From Microcoleaceae cyanobacterium (GTDB lineage: Bacteria > Cyanobacteriota > Cyanobacteriia > Cyanobacteriales > Microcoleaceae): a DNA stretch of 64,000 nt. The position numbers were made by a program, and so were the translations under genes. Where the stretch lies: assembly GCA_051652765.1 (NCBI GenBank), contig JBOFUV010000071.1, positions 1 to 64,000 on the forward strand, given 5' to 3'. Positions 1 through 10,092 of the stretch are shown in pieces (position 1 is the stretch's first letter; each line of letters starts with the position of its first letter). The notes beneath the pieces are model-generated. The model worked only from the letters and a program-made list of their open reading frames with translations. It did not search any database and had not been told where the DNA came from.

Positions 1-120
1 TTGCGATTTCTGTAACGCCATATAACTAAATTCACAGTAATTTAGGTTTGAGTTCAGTTTTTCCTTTACCATTGAAATGACCCAGTGCTATTGCATTACT
101 CCCAGATCAACCTTGTGGTT

Positions 121-825
121 ATGGCTTCTGCAAAGATTCTAGTGGTTGATGACGATCCAGCAATTCGCAATTTAATCGTTCGCTATTTGACTCAGCAGGA
201 CTATGAAGTTGAATCTGCAAAGGATGGTCAGACGGCGCTAGACCTATTTGACAAGTTCAATCCTGACTTAGTTGTGTTAGATGTTAATTTACCAGACACG
301 ACTGGGTTTACTCTGTGTCAAGAGATGCAGAGCCGAACCCATGTGTTCATTTTGATGCTCACCAGCCTAACTGGGGAGGCGGATAAGATCACGGGCTTTG
401 AAAAGGGTGCAGATGACTATATTACCAAGCCATTTGGCTTGGCTGAACTTGGAGCCAGGGTTAAGGCCATTTTAAAACGGCAACGAAGTGTAACAGACAA
501 TGAACCCCGGAGTTTGGAGTATGGAGACATTACTATCGATCCGTCTTGTCGAGAAGTGCATGTTAGAAATCAACTCGTTTCCTTGAGTGCCTTAGAGTTT
601 GATTTACTGTACTGTCTAGCCAGTAGACCTGGGCGAGCTTGGCGACGCTCTGAGCTTTTACAGGCGGTCTGGGACTATGACTACGAAGGGGAGCAACGGG
701 TTGTAGACGTTCATATTGGTCAAATTCGTAAAAAAATAGAGCCGAGTGTGGACAAGCCGACTCTGATCAAAACCATTCGGGGAGTGGGATATATGTTTGA
801 TCGGCGGGGTGAAGAGCGCTTATGA
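121..825 (+). CDS. OmpR-family two-component response regulator (orphan in this window)
   Basis: REC domain (KILVVDDD, LDVNLP, GADDYITKPF) plus winged helix (VDVHIGQIRKKIE, TIRGVGY). ATG 121 preferred over GTG 85. Confidence 0.92.
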   Translation: MASAKILVVDDDPAIRNLIVRYLTQQDYEVESAKDGQTALDLFDKFNPDLVVLDVNLPDTTGFTLCQEMQSRTHVFILMLTSLTGEADKITGFEKGADDYITKPFGLAELGARVKAILKRQRSVTDNEPRSLEYGDITIDPSCREVHVRNQLVSLSALEFDLLYCLASRPGRAWRRSELLQAVWDYDYEGEQRVVDVHIGQIRKKIEPSVDKPTLIKTIRGVGYMFDRRGEERL

Positions 826-966
826 TGTCTTAAATTTGATTGGAGTGTGTCAGTTGGTTTCGAGTTGGCGCAACCCAACATTCTTGATGATCTGATCTCA
901 AGACTATTGGGTCTTTCATTCTGCTGCTCTGTAGAAGCAAGTCACTAACCAACCCACAAAGTTGAC

Positions 967-2430
967 CTATAGATTTTTGGCGAGAATCCGGTTCCCCCTT
1001 AAATATTCCTGAACCTCATCAGCTTGGGCAAATCCTCGCCGTACACAATCTCCTAGGGCAACTCCGTCACTATAGTTGCTGCAGAGGTACAGACCTGAAA
1101 AAGCCTGTAATCCTTGATTGATTTGGTTGAGCCTGTGACAATGTCCCAGAATATATTGAGGAATTGCCTTTCCCCACAAATGCACTGCCAACACCTTGGG
1201 CAACGCTCTGCCATTCAGTAAGACCCGGCATAAATCCTGATGAACCCTGGCCACAAGCTGATCCTCTGACCACTCTCCCACTTCCAAATGGGTTGCTCCC
1301 CCAATAAAACTCGTGAGGATATGCCAGCCTTGAGGGGCTCGATGAGGAAACAAGCTAGATGACCAAATTGTTCCTAAGGTCTGAATTCCTTGACCTCTAG
1401 GAATTAAATTCCCGAATCCGACTAAGGAATGGTTTAACGCTGAGGTTGGATAGGCTAAGACAACACAGGCCACTGGAGGGTAGGGAATGGCCATCAGAGC
1501 TTGACTCACTTGAAGGCTCAAAGGCCGAAGAATTTCAGCACTAATATGAGCTGGAGTAGTCAGAACGACGGTGCGTGCTTCCACCTGCTGTTGTCCCTCT
1601 GGAGTCAAAAACTCAGCTTGGTAGGTCTGTTGTGCCGTTGGACTCAGGTGAGTCAATTGCCAGTGAAGCTTGATCTGATCTCCTAACTGAGTGGCGATCG
1701 CCTGAGGCAATGCGGCTAATCCCCACCGAAAAGATCCAAGTTCTCCAGGACGAGTCTGAGGCAGTTTAGGATCGGGCTTAGACTTGGATTTAGCCTGACC
1801 TCTTATCAGCATCGCTCCTGGAATCAGACCTCCCCCAGCCTCTGCCATATTAAACACCCGACCAAAGGCTGCTCTCAGTTCTAAATATTGGGAATCTCCT
1901 GCATAGACCCCAGAGACAAAAGGCTCCACCAATCGCTGAAGCACTTCTGTTCCTAGGTGACGCTGGAAAAACTGTGAAACGGTTTCCTCACCCCCTTGGT
2001 CTTGTAGGCCAGAGCCCATCGCAGGAGTCACAAATCCTAGCCCTCCTAGCAGTGCCCGAATCTTCCCCCAGGGACTCAGCAGCCGAGACTGCACTAGGGC
2101 AGGAGGACTCATGGGAACTGCCAATAATTGCCCTTGCCAATAGACATAGCGGGGAAGTTTGCGATCGGCAAGCACCAACTCTGACGCTAGTCCAACCTCC
2201 ACAACTAGTCGCAGCAACTCTGGAGTCGGAGAAAAGCTATTTGGCCCTTCTTCCCAGAGAAATTCTCCCTCGGATCGGGTCGTAATGTTGCCACCCACTC
2301 TCCCTTGAGCCTCAGCTACTAACAGGCTGGATCTAGACCCATTTGTAGTCTGGGAAAGCTTGTGAGCGAGGCTTAATCCGCTGAGACCAGCGCCGATAAC
2401 TAGAGTGTCGATAACCACGGTGTTGATCAC
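967..2430 (-). CDS. hemY: protoporphyrinogen oxidase (HemY type)
   Basis: GAGLSGL FAD motif, EEGPNSF, GVYAGD, AIPQY, GVALGDCV. Confidence 0.93.
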   Translation of the reverse strand: MINTVVIDTLVIGAGLSGLSLAHKLSQTTNGSRSSLLVAEAQGRVGGNITTRSEGEFLWEEGPNSFSPTPELLRLVVEVGLASELVLADRKLPRYVYWQGQLLAVPMSPPALVQSRLLSPWGKIRALLGGLGFVTPAMGSGLQDQGGEETVSQFFQRHLGTEVLQRLVEPFVSGVYAGDSQYLELRAAFGRVFNMAEAGGGLIPGAMLIRGQAKSKSKPDPKLPQTRPGELGSFRWGLAALPQAIATQLGDQIKLHWQLTHLSPTAQQTYQAEFLTPEGQQQVEARTVVLTTPAHISAEILRPLSLQVSQALMAIPYPPVACVVLAYPTSALNHSLVGFGNLIPRGQGIQTLGTIWSSSLFPHRAPQGWHILTSFIGGATHLEVGEWSEDQLVARVHQDLCRVLLNGRALPKVLAVHLWGKAIPQYILGHCHRLNQINQGLQAFSGLYLCSNYSDGVALGDCVRRGFAQADEVQEYLRGNRILAKNL

Positions 2431-2513
2431 TACAGTGTCAAATGTTTGTGTTGTTGGAATGATAGCGCTTGGGTGTGCCCTTAAGGAAAAAACCAGGGAA
2501 TCAACTAGACTGG

Positions 2514-2738
2514 CTAAACCTGAACCTGGAATAGGGTTTCCAGGTAAACCCGTGCAGCCTGATGATAACTGCGGGAGGACTCCGGAGTATTCACACTTTC
2601 ATTTTGCAATAAAAACAGGGACAGGGCGGCAGAAAAAACTCGATCAAAGTCCCAGTCCGGATGGTTTTGTAGATAGCCCTGAAGGGATTCGTGCAGGATT
2701 TCAGGAATTTCGGCAAAGATACTGATACTCGTGTTCAT
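2514..2738 (-). CDS. DUF2811-family small protein
   Basis: EIPEILHESLQGYLQNHPDWDFDRVFSAALSLFLLQN matches this conserved cyanobacterial family. Start set at the internal ATG (MNTSIS). Confidence 0.8.
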   Translation of the reverse strand: MNTSISIFAEIPEILHESLQGYLQNHPDWDFDRVFSAALSLFLLQNESVNTPESSRSYHQAARVYLETLFQVQV

Positions 2739-2951
2739 AGTGTTGCGGTCTAACAGACAATAACAGGACAATTTCCCTCACACTCTATGTAGGTAGGACT
2801 TTAACTTGGCCCCCCACATCTAGAGTCTGAACGGGTAGTAGTCGATTCATTGTGCGTGATCAAAGGGGAAAATGGCAATCTTACAAAAAATTCAATCCGG
2901 GATTGGTGTTACCTTGAGTCAACGAGATAATAAGCTTTTTCGCCAATTTTC

Positions 2952-2969
2952 GTTACGTATGTTTACAAA
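2952..2969. promoter_or_regulatory. HLR1-like (RpaB) direct repeat
   Basis: GTTACGTA-TG-TTTACAAA versus (G/T)TTACA(T/A)(T/A)-N2-(G/T)TTACA(T/A)(T/A), one mismatch. Confidence 0.45.
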
Positions 2970-3051
2970 AATAGGAGGGTCTGGGTTTAAAATCAGATCT
3001 CCTGACAAAATCCCCAAATTGCCAGTGAAAACCATCCATCTCGTGATTCCC

Positions 3052-3744
3052 TGTGGAAAACTTTGTCAGATCTGTGGAAAACTTTGATGATGCTTGTGGA
3101 AAGGATGTGGAATCTGTGGGGAAAGTCAGCATGAAAAATAAGAATTTTAAACTTTCTAATTTTGCCCTGTTTTTTTCTAGCTTAAAGTCTTAAAAGGCCA
3201 AAAACTGTGGGCAAAACTGATCCGTTAGCATTAAGTTTGTCAGCTTTTTTCGTCAAGCTTTGCAGGAAATTTCCACAACACTAATCAACAAACTCTTCCC
3301 TATTTTTTGCCGGATATTCGGATCAGATTCGTTTGTGTTTGTCAACTCCTGATCTGGCAGTCCGAGGTCAAGTATCCTGAGGTTCTGGCCAACAAATGTT
3401 GCTTCTACAGGGCAATACAGCCATTTCGGCACGCCTCAAGACTGCCTTGCTCTACTGTAAAAAACTGCTTTGATTTGATCTTGAATCTCTCGTCAATCCT
3501 TGCCTCAGGATCGTCCTGGCAGGCTGATGATGCTATGATTAAGTCATCAAAGTGCTTGTCTTTTAGCGATCCAGTCAGAGGAGTAAACTCCTCTGGGTCT
3601 TTGAACAAAGATTTTAAGGATTTGTTGCTAGAGTTAAGCGATTCAACCCCAGATTTAGGGTCTGCGGGGAAGAGTTTAGCTAGTTTTTATCGAGTGCTAA
3701 GCTCGAACAGGTGTTGAATTTCTGTTTTGTCTGTCTGTGGAAAA
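3052..3744. promoter_or_regulatory. cluster of DnaA-box-like 9-mers (TTTTCCACA type); candidate oriC or datA-like locus
   Basis: Perfect TGTGGAAAA at 3052, 3073 and 3736. Variants TGTGGAAAG 3095, TGTGGAATC 3106, TGTGGGGAA 3115, TGTGGGCAA 3206, and ATTTCCACA 3269 in the opposite orientation. AT-rich tract at ~3131-3200. Confidence 0.6.
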
Positions 3745-3822
3745 GCTGTGATGCTGTTGCGTTTCTTTTGATTGGCCTATGGGCTATTAAGCTTTCCTAA
3801 AGCTGAGCTTGAGGAATGTGGC

Positions 3823-4089
3823 ATGAGTAAGGTATGGATTTTTTTGGGCTGGTTGGTGCTAGGGTGTACCCTATCCACATTTATTGCCTTCCTAGCTTCT
3901 CTACATCCCAACTTAAGGCTCTGGGTGAACTTTTTCTGGGCCATGTTTTTGACCCTGCAATTGTTTGGTTGGCTGGCTGATGATGCTTTTGCAACTCTTC
4001 TCCAAGTTGAGTTGCAAGTCTGGTGGGGAATTTTGATCTTAAGTCTAGTGTGTGCAGCAGTGGGGCTATGTCTATGGCTGTTCAGTTAA
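3823..4089 (+). CDS. small hypothetical membrane protein (about 3 TM)
   Basis: Three hydrophobic segments; GAGG upstream of ATG 3823; overlaps the start of the next gene. Confidence 0.65.
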   Translation: MSKVWIFLGWLVLGCTLSTFIAFLASLHPNLRLWVNFFWAMFLTLQLFGWLADDAFATLLQVELQVWWGILILSLVCAAVGLCLWLFS

Positions 4090-5396
4090 AGCAATTTCAG
4101 CTCAAGCGCAAATTTGTTGAGCATTCTGCGGTCTGGCTCAATTGGCTCGCTGGAACCTTTGTGATCAGTAGTCTCCTCCTGTGGATCATTCCCCCGATTT
4201 TTCTATCCTATAACGTGCCCTCTCATCAGTGGATTCAGGGCTTCAGTCTGGCTGGCGCGATCGCTGGGAGTTTGGTCGCCTTGGGAGTCGGCTACAAATT
4301 GCGGGAGGTAGAACGGGTTCTATATACAGACACAGACCTTCACCAAACCGTAAGATTCCCAGGATCGGTTGATCAGTGGATACAAGACTCAGAACTGTAT
4401 GGTTCAGAGCAGTATCGTTCAGAAACCCTTTGGCAAGGGGCCGTAGCCGGAGTTGTAGGACGCTTCATTGACCAAATTCCCTGGATGCAGCCGCATCACC
4501 CTGAATCAGTGCGCCAAGGAATTCAAGGACTCAAATCTCCCCTAGGAACCCGATCTCCCTTTAACCGGGTTGAACACCAGCAGGCAAATGCGTTCAGACC
4601 AAATGGGCCCGAAATCTGGACTAGTCCTCTGTTGAATTGGCCATCCCTGAGACCCTATCAGGCTGAAGGAGGGTTTGGAATTGACTTAGATGACTCACGG
4701 CTACACAGACTCCGGCAACAACTGGAGGCCCCAGAATATGAATGGTTAAGCCAACTCGTTCTAGCTAAACCCCTATTGATTTGGGGCAACCAATGTAGTG
4801 GGAAAACATCCTTGGCTGGATTTCTGGCCTTGCTGAGAATGGTTGTGTTGGGCCATTCAGTTAGTGTTGTTGATCCCTACGCCCATCAAAATGCTTGGCC
4901 CCTTGTCTTTGAAGTCCATGGAGCCAACTATGACTACAGGGCAGTTGACCAATGTTTGGCTGCCTATCACCAACGTCTGCGGTTCTCAACCACGGCTCAC
5001 ACCTCGATTTGGGATGAAGTGACCCAGTATTCAGAGCACTGTAACCCTCGACGGGCTGCACAGTTTTTTCAAGGGATTGATCAAGATTGGCGCAGATCTT
5101 CAGAATTTCCAATCCTGTTAAGTCAGGCCAATCGCTCAGAGGTTCTAGGCAAAGATCCGGGTGTTAGAAAGCCCAAACCCAGGAGATTCGTGGACATTAA
5201 CCTGCCCTCCTACCGGGATTGGTTGGGGAATCTCCGACCGACCCTGCGGGGGATCGTTACAGGTCTACGAGTCACGGCGTTTGGTGAGCCAATCTCGCAG
5301 TCTATCGACCTAGAGCCTTGGATGCAGCCAGAGTATCTACTGACCACTTTTCCAGAGTTACAACTGCTTCAAACCGGGGTTCAGCGTCAAGATTAA
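4068..5396 (+). CDS. membrane-anchored P-loop NTPase, FtsK/HerA/VirD4-like
   Basis: Two N-terminal TM segments, Walker A GNQCSGKT, VVDP, Walker B SIWDE, ILLSQ. Start ATG 4068 or 4074. Confidence 0.65.
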   Translation: MSMAVQLKQFQLKRKFVEHSAVWLNWLAGTFVISSLLLWIIPPIFLSYNVPSHQWIQGFSLAGAIAGSLVALGVGYKLREVERVLYTDTDLHQTVRFPGSVDQWIQDSELYGSEQYRSETLWQGAVAGVVGRFIDQIPWMQPHHPESVRQGIQGLKSPLGTRSPFNRVEHQQANAFRPNGPEIWTSPLLNWPSLRPYQAEGGFGIDLDDSRLHRLRQQLEAPEYEWLSQLVLAKPLLIWGNQCSGKTSLAGFLALLRMVVLGHSVSVVDPYAHQNAWPLVFEVHGANYDYRAVDQCLAAYHQRLRFSTTAHTSIWDEVTQYSEHCNPRRAAQFFQGIDQDWRRSSEFPILLSQANRSEVLGKDPGVRKPKPRRFVDINLPSYRDWLGNLRPTLRGIVTGLRVTAFGEPISQSIDLEPWMQPEYLLTTFPELQLLQTGVQRQD

Positions 5397-5659
5397 TCTG
5401 CTTCAGTCCGATCATTGCTGCGATCGCTCAAACTGGATGGGAGCCGATCCGTACTCCACCCCCACCAAGCACAACCGCAGCAGCAGAGATAAAATTCTTG
5501 CCACTTCCGCCGATGACTTTCGCCATAGACCGGGGATCGTCGGTTAATCCAGGCTTCCTTGGCTTCTAGGCTATTGGCATTGCAATCGGGACAACAAAAT
5601 TGACTGGCATGAACGGTATCGGTTGTCCATTCAGGCGGAACGGGCTGGAATGCATCCAT
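5393..5659 (-). CDS. conserved small Cys-rich (Zn-ribbon-like) hypothetical protein
   Basis: CCPDC...CCCGCAWWGWS; ATG start. Confidence 0.75.
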   Translation of the reverse strand: MDAFQPVPPEWTTDTVHASQFCCPDCNANSLEAKEAWINRRSPVYGESHRRKWQEFYLCCCGCAWWGWSTDRLPSSLSDRSNDRTEAD

Positions 5660-5756
5660 GACAGGTTAATGATTAAAACTTCACTACACTTGTATCAGAA
5701 CAGATGTGAGACAATATGCCTCTAGGGGAATTGTTGTCTGATATGCACCCACTGAT

Positions 5757-7190
5757 ATGAATCCACTGTTAAACTTAATTTCTCTACTAGGCATTGTTGG
5801 GCTGTGCTTGATTGCGTGGTTTGGGTCTGAGAAAAAGCGTCTTGTTCCCTGGAACACGATTGTTTGGGGCATTGGCTTACAAATGATTGTGGGCCTGATT
5901 GTTTTTATCTTTGGTAGTCAGTTGATAGAGGGACTCAGCACGGTATTGAATGCAGTGCTTGATGCCTCAGAAGCTGGAGCCAGATTTTTATTTGGTGGCA
6001 CCACATCTATTCTAGTTAAAGATCCGGATTTCACGACGGGCCCTGGCCCAGCGGGTCGTTGGATTGCGCGTGCCATTGGAACCCCCTATGTGGCAGTTCC
6101 AGGGGATCGGATTGGGATAGACAGTTTGAATCTTGGATTTTCGTACATCTTGGCTTTTCGAGCCCTGCCTCAAGTGATCTTTTTTTCTGGCTTGATCACT
6201 TTGCTGTATCGATTACATGTGATTCAGCCCGTTGTTAAGGTTTTTGCCACGATTTTCCAGGCGACCATGCGACTTAGCGGTGCAGAATCCCTGGCTGGAG
6301 CCGCGAATATTTTTGTCGGGATTGAATCGGCGATCGCCGTTAAACCCTATCTTCTGGGTATGACTCGGAGTGAATTGTGTGCCGTCCTCGCAGGATGTTT
6401 TGGCTCCATTGCCTCTTCCGTCCTTGCCCTCTATGCCGGATTTCTGCGGCCCACCTTTCCCAATATCACGGGGCACTTGGTCTCTGCCTCGATCATGACG
6501 ATTCCTGCCTGTTTTGTGATTTCCAAGTTGCTAGTGCCGGAGACTGAAGTTCCTGAAACCATGGGCAGCGTGCCCAAGGAAGTAGTTGAAGACCCAGCCA
6601 AGCGCCCTAATCCCATGGACAGCTTGATTGGAGGTGCTTTAGATGGGGTCAAAATGGCGGTGGGCATTGCTGCGGCTCTAATTGCGATCCTAGGCATGGT
6701 TGCCCTGATTAACTTGGCCTTCAGTAGTTTGGCTGGGTTATCTGAGAGCCGGTTTTTACTCTTGCGACCCATTGGCGATCTGTTTCAAATTATCAGCCTG
6801 CAAAATATCTTAGGGGCGTTGTTTTTACCCCTGACGTTTTTGACGGGGGTGTCCTTGGAATGGCAGGAACTGTGGCAATCCTCAGTGTTGATTGGCCGAA
6901 GATTACTGGAGACCAATGTGCCTTCTTATCAAGCTCTAGCCCAACTGAATGCGGCGGGAGAACTGAGCGATCGCGCCATGTTAATTGTGAGTTATGCTCT
7001 CTGTGGGTTCACTCATTTTGCTTCCTATGGCATTTTTGTTGGCGGTCTCTCTGCTCTAATTCCGACTCGGAGTTCTGAAATCTCTGAGATTGGGTTCAAG
7101 GCTCTGTGGGCTGGAACCTTGGCCACATTGATGACCGGGTGTATTGCTGGGCTATTTGACTTTGGCAATCCGGCTATTTTAGGTAAATAA
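5757..7190 (+). CDS. concentrative nucleoside transporter (CNT/NupC family)
   Basis: AFRALPQVIFFS, GAESLAGAANIFVG, YALCGFTHFAS; multiple TM segments. Confidence 0.9.
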   Translation: MNPLLNLISLLGIVGLCLIAWFGSEKKRLVPWNTIVWGIGLQMIVGLIVFIFGSQLIEGLSTVLNAVLDASEAGARFLFGGTTSILVKDPDFTTGPGPAGRWIARAIGTPYVAVPGDRIGIDSLNLGFSYILAFRALPQVIFFSGLITLLYRLHVIQPVVKVFATIFQATMRLSGAESLAGAANIFVGIESAIAVKPYLLGMTRSELCAVLAGCFGSIASSVLALYAGFLRPTFPNITGHLVSASIMTIPACFVISKLLVPETEVPETMGSVPKEVVEDPAKRPNPMDSLIGGALDGVKMAVGIAAALIAILGMVALINLAFSSLAGLSESRFLLLRPIGDLFQIISLQNILGALFLPLTFLTGVSLEWQELWQSSVLIGRRLLETNVPSYQALAQLNAAGELSDRAMLIVSYALCGFTHFASYGIFVGGLSALIPTRSSEISEIGFKALWAGTLATLMTGCIAGLFDFGNPAILGK

Positions 7191-7273
7191 TCGGGCAAGT
7201 TATTAGTGCTAAGTCCAGAGTGTTCAGTCTAGAGTGTTAAGTTCAGCAGCATAGTGCCACAGGAAAGGTAGCA

Positions 7274-8086
7274 ATGAAACTCAATTCGTTGAAGTTACTG
7301 GCAATTGGAGTGTTAGCATCTGGTGTTGTTGGTATCTTTGGATCTGGGGCTCATTTCACAATCAATTTTGCCCCCAACTTTGTCCCCAACTTCACTCAAA
7401 GGTTGCCCGTGGGGATACCGACCCTGGCTCAACCTGCTTCCCCAAAGTCTTCTCCCTCTCCCAAAGCTCTCGCCGCAGCACCTCAGGGAACTGCGACTCC
7501 CCAGAAATCTCCCTCTCCTCAAGCCGAAAAAACAACCATTCCTAAAAATTCCCCTGCTTCGGCTCCTGTTACACCCCCTCCGCCCTCGCCCCAACCAGAA
7601 CCTAGTCCATCGCCAGAACCCATACAGAGCGTAGAACCCTTGCCTCTGAGCGAGAGCCTTTACAAAGATCCCCAAGGACAATTCCAGGTTGGTATCCTTC
7701 AGGGATATAACATTGGGTTTGCCGGAAATTCTCCACTAATCGAAGCACCCGATGGCAATTTGGCCTACACTGTGGTTGTTAAGCCCCGAGAAAGTGACCG
7801 AGAACTCAGCGAAAGTGGTCTGGCGCAAATTGCCATTGAAGCTTTTGAGCGGGGCGAGGGCTTTGTTCCTGGCTCCTATCAAGTCACTGGGCCCCAGGAG
7901 GTTACCCTGCCCTGGAGCGGAGGTCTTAATCTGGGTGGCAAGGCTCAGCGGATTACAGGCTCAATCCTGACCCGCCAACAAGGACAGAATGTATTAGTTC
8001 TGCTGGTTTCTGCCACAGAACAGGGAGCAAAGGACGTAGAAGCCGTGATTGTAACTTTAGCCGAGACCTTAACCACCGTTCAGTAA
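7274..8086 (+). CDS. exported Pro-rich hypothetical protein
   Basis: Signal-like N-terminus, P/S-rich linker, globular C-terminal domain. Confidence 0.75.
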   Translation: MKLNSLKLLAIGVLASGVVGIFGSGAHFTINFAPNFVPNFTQRLPVGIPTLAQPASPKSSPSPKALAAAPQGTATPQKSPSPQAEKTTIPKNSPASAPVTPPPPSPQPEPSPSPEPIQSVEPLPLSESLYKDPQGQFQVGILQGYNIGFAGNSPLIEAPDGNLAYTVVVKPRESDRELSESGLAQIAIEAFERGEGFVPGSYQVTGPQEVTLPWSGGLNLGGKAQRITGSILTRQQGQNVLVLLVSATEQGAKDVEAVIVTLAETLTTVQ

Positions 8087-8092
8087 ACTACC

Positions 8093-8722
8093 ATGTCGAT
8101 TCAGTCCCCTGCGATGAACCAAGACGATGAAATTCACCAACTGTTGGAGCTGATGCCTGCCTCTGGGAGGATGATGACCCAGCTTGTGAGTCGGTCGCAA
8201 CAGTCTGCCGTTATTGAGACTCCGTTTCCTTATCCCTGGACAGGAATTCGCCGAATCTTTGTCAATTTCAAGCTCTGGCAAGATCTGTCTCGCTCTCAGC
8301 GAGATTTACTGCTGCTGCGGACGGTGAGTTGGGTGTCTGAGGTCAAGTGGCTGGCCCCCAGCCTCAACCAAGGAATTGCCTTAGCTGGGGCGGTAGGACT
8401 AGTGGCCGAAGTCTCACAACAAGATGCAGTTGGTGTATTGATGGCGGGCAGTTTGTGTGCCCTGGGGCTGCGGCAGATTTGGCAAGCCAACCACCGTTCT
8501 GAAGTGGAGCTGAATGCGGATGAGGCAGCCGTTCGAATTGCTCAACGCCGAGGCTATAGTGAGCCAGATGCCGCCATGGCTTTAATGAAAGGTATTGAAA
8601 AGGTGGCGGAGTTGGAAAGCCGTCCGGGGTTGAGTTATCTGGAATTGATGCGCTGTCAGAATCTTCGGGCGATCGCCAAGCTTTCTCCGATTAGCGTTCC
8701 GGAGGACATTCGGCAGGAGTAG
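8093..8722 (+). CDS. DUF3318-family membrane protein
   Basis: LLELMPASGRM, QRDLLLLRTVSW, ADEAAVRIAQRRGY. Confidence 0.8.
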   Translation: MSIQSPAMNQDDEIHQLLELMPASGRMMTQLVSRSQQSAVIETPFPYPWTGIRRIFVNFKLWQDLSRSQRDLLLLRTVSWVSEVKWLAPSLNQGIALAGAVGLVAEVSQQDAVGVLMAGSLCALGLRQIWQANHRSEVELNADEAAVRIAQRRGYSEPDAAMALMKGIEKVAELESRPGLSYLELMRCQNLRAIAKLSPISVPEDIRQE

Positions 8723-9039
8723 ATCTTGGCACCAACCCAAAGCAATTTGTCAAGATAGACATCTCTAATAACCAATCGTTATAATAGTAGCTAGGTTCAA
8801 CTGTGACGTTGGTGACTGCCAAAATGTTTTATTGATCTATAATTTGTAAAATGCGGGAGTCAAAGGAATTCTAAGCAGCAGTAAACTAGGCTTGTACCTA
8901 GAAACTTTAAGCTTGGCCCAGGCACCCACCTGGCTTTGCCAGGTCAAAAACTGAGGTAAGACGGCGTTACGGTGAGCCTTATTTTCGTAAGAACTTTTGT
9001 TAAGCACTCTTTAAAACGGGAACTGTCCTCCTCTTTGAA

Positions 9040-10035
9040 ATGACAGTTGGGCCTTATCCTTTGAGTGTAGCTCCGATGATGGAGCGCACCGATCGCCACT
9101 TTCGCTACTTCATGCGACAAATTACCCGTTGTACCTTGCTTTACACTGAGATGGTAACGGCGGCGGCAATTTTGAATGGTGATCGTACCAAGCTTCTGGG
9201 GTTTTCCTTAGAGGAAAAGCCTTTGGTTTTGCAACTCGGTGGCGACAACCCCAAGGAGTTGGCTCAATGTTCACAAATTGCAGAGGATTTGGGCTACGAC
9301 GAAGTTAATCTCAATGTTGGCTGTCCTAGTGATCGAGTTCAAGAAGGAAATTTTGGAGCCTGCCTGATGGCCCAGCCCGAACGGGTTGCTGAAGCAGTGT
9401 CTGCGATGCAGCAAGCTGTTGATATTCCTGTGTCGGTCAAGCATCGGATTGGGATTGATGATCGCGATCACTATGAAGACATGGCCCATTTTGTTCAAAT
9501 TGTGGCTGAAACGGGATGTCGTCGATTCACCGTTCATGCTCGCAAGGCTTGGTTGCAGGGGTTGAGCCCCAAGGAAAATCGTACTGTGCCGCCCTTGCGA
9601 TATGCAGATGTTCATCGGTTGAAACAAGAATTCCCTGAACTTATTGTAGAAATTAACGGGGGGTTCACTAGCCTGACTCAGGTGCAGGAACAGCTCCAGG
9701 TCTTAGACGCAGTGATGATTGGGCGAGCAGCCTATGACAATCCCTACCTATTTGCTGAGGCAGACCGCAAGATTTATGGCCAGATGGATGGCAGGGAAGA
9801 GACTTCCCTGAGTCGTCGTCAGGTGGCTGAAGCAATGTTGCCCTACATTGAATATTGGCTCAACCAGGGGGTTCGACTGAACAGTATTACCCGCCATATG
9901 TTGCAGCTTTTTGCAGAACAGCCTGGAACCAAGGCTTGGAAGCGCTATTTGAGCGAACAGGTTCATCGTCCAGGATCAGGAATTGATGTGGTTCGAGGAG
10001 CCTTGGCACAGGTTTCTGTTCAGAATAGTTCGTGA
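9040..10035 (+). CDS. dusA: tRNA dihydrouridine(20/20a) synthase
   Basis: SVAPMM, NLNVGCPSDRVQ, VHARKAWLQGLSPKENR. Confidence 0.95.
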   Translation: MTVGPYPLSVAPMMERTDRHFRYFMRQITRCTLLYTEMVTAAAILNGDRTKLLGFSLEEKPLVLQLGGDNPKELAQCSQIAEDLGYDEVNLNVGCPSDRVQEGNFGACLMAQPERVAEAVSAMQQAVDIPVSVKHRIGIDDRDHYEDMAHFVQIVAETGCRRFTVHARKAWLQGLSPKENRTVPPLRYADVHRLKQEFPELIVEINGGFTSLTQVQEQLQVLDAVMIGRAAYDNPYLFAEADRKIYGQMDGREETSLSRRQVAEAMLPYIEYWLNQGVRLNSITRHMLQLFAEQPGTKAWKRYLSEQVHRPGSGIDVVRGALAQVSVQNSS

Positions 10036-10092
10036 GTCAGAATCATCCATCTACTGCTAAAACGAACTTTCAAGGGCATGGCAGAGACTCAT

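Noticed and set aside
121..825. Naming the response regulator rpaB or rpaA
   Set aside because: The N-terminal sequence does not match those highly conserved proteins as I recall them.
3307..3717. ORFs 3307-3717(+), 3405-3608(-) and 2872-3087(+) in the DnaA-box region
   Set aside because: No motifs, weak starts, and two of them overlap each other. A small real gene cannot be fully excluded.
8895..8990. Possible ncRNA upstream of dusA (ACCTGGC-TTT-GCCAGGT hairpin)
   Set aside because: Only one short hairpin and no recognisable RNA family.
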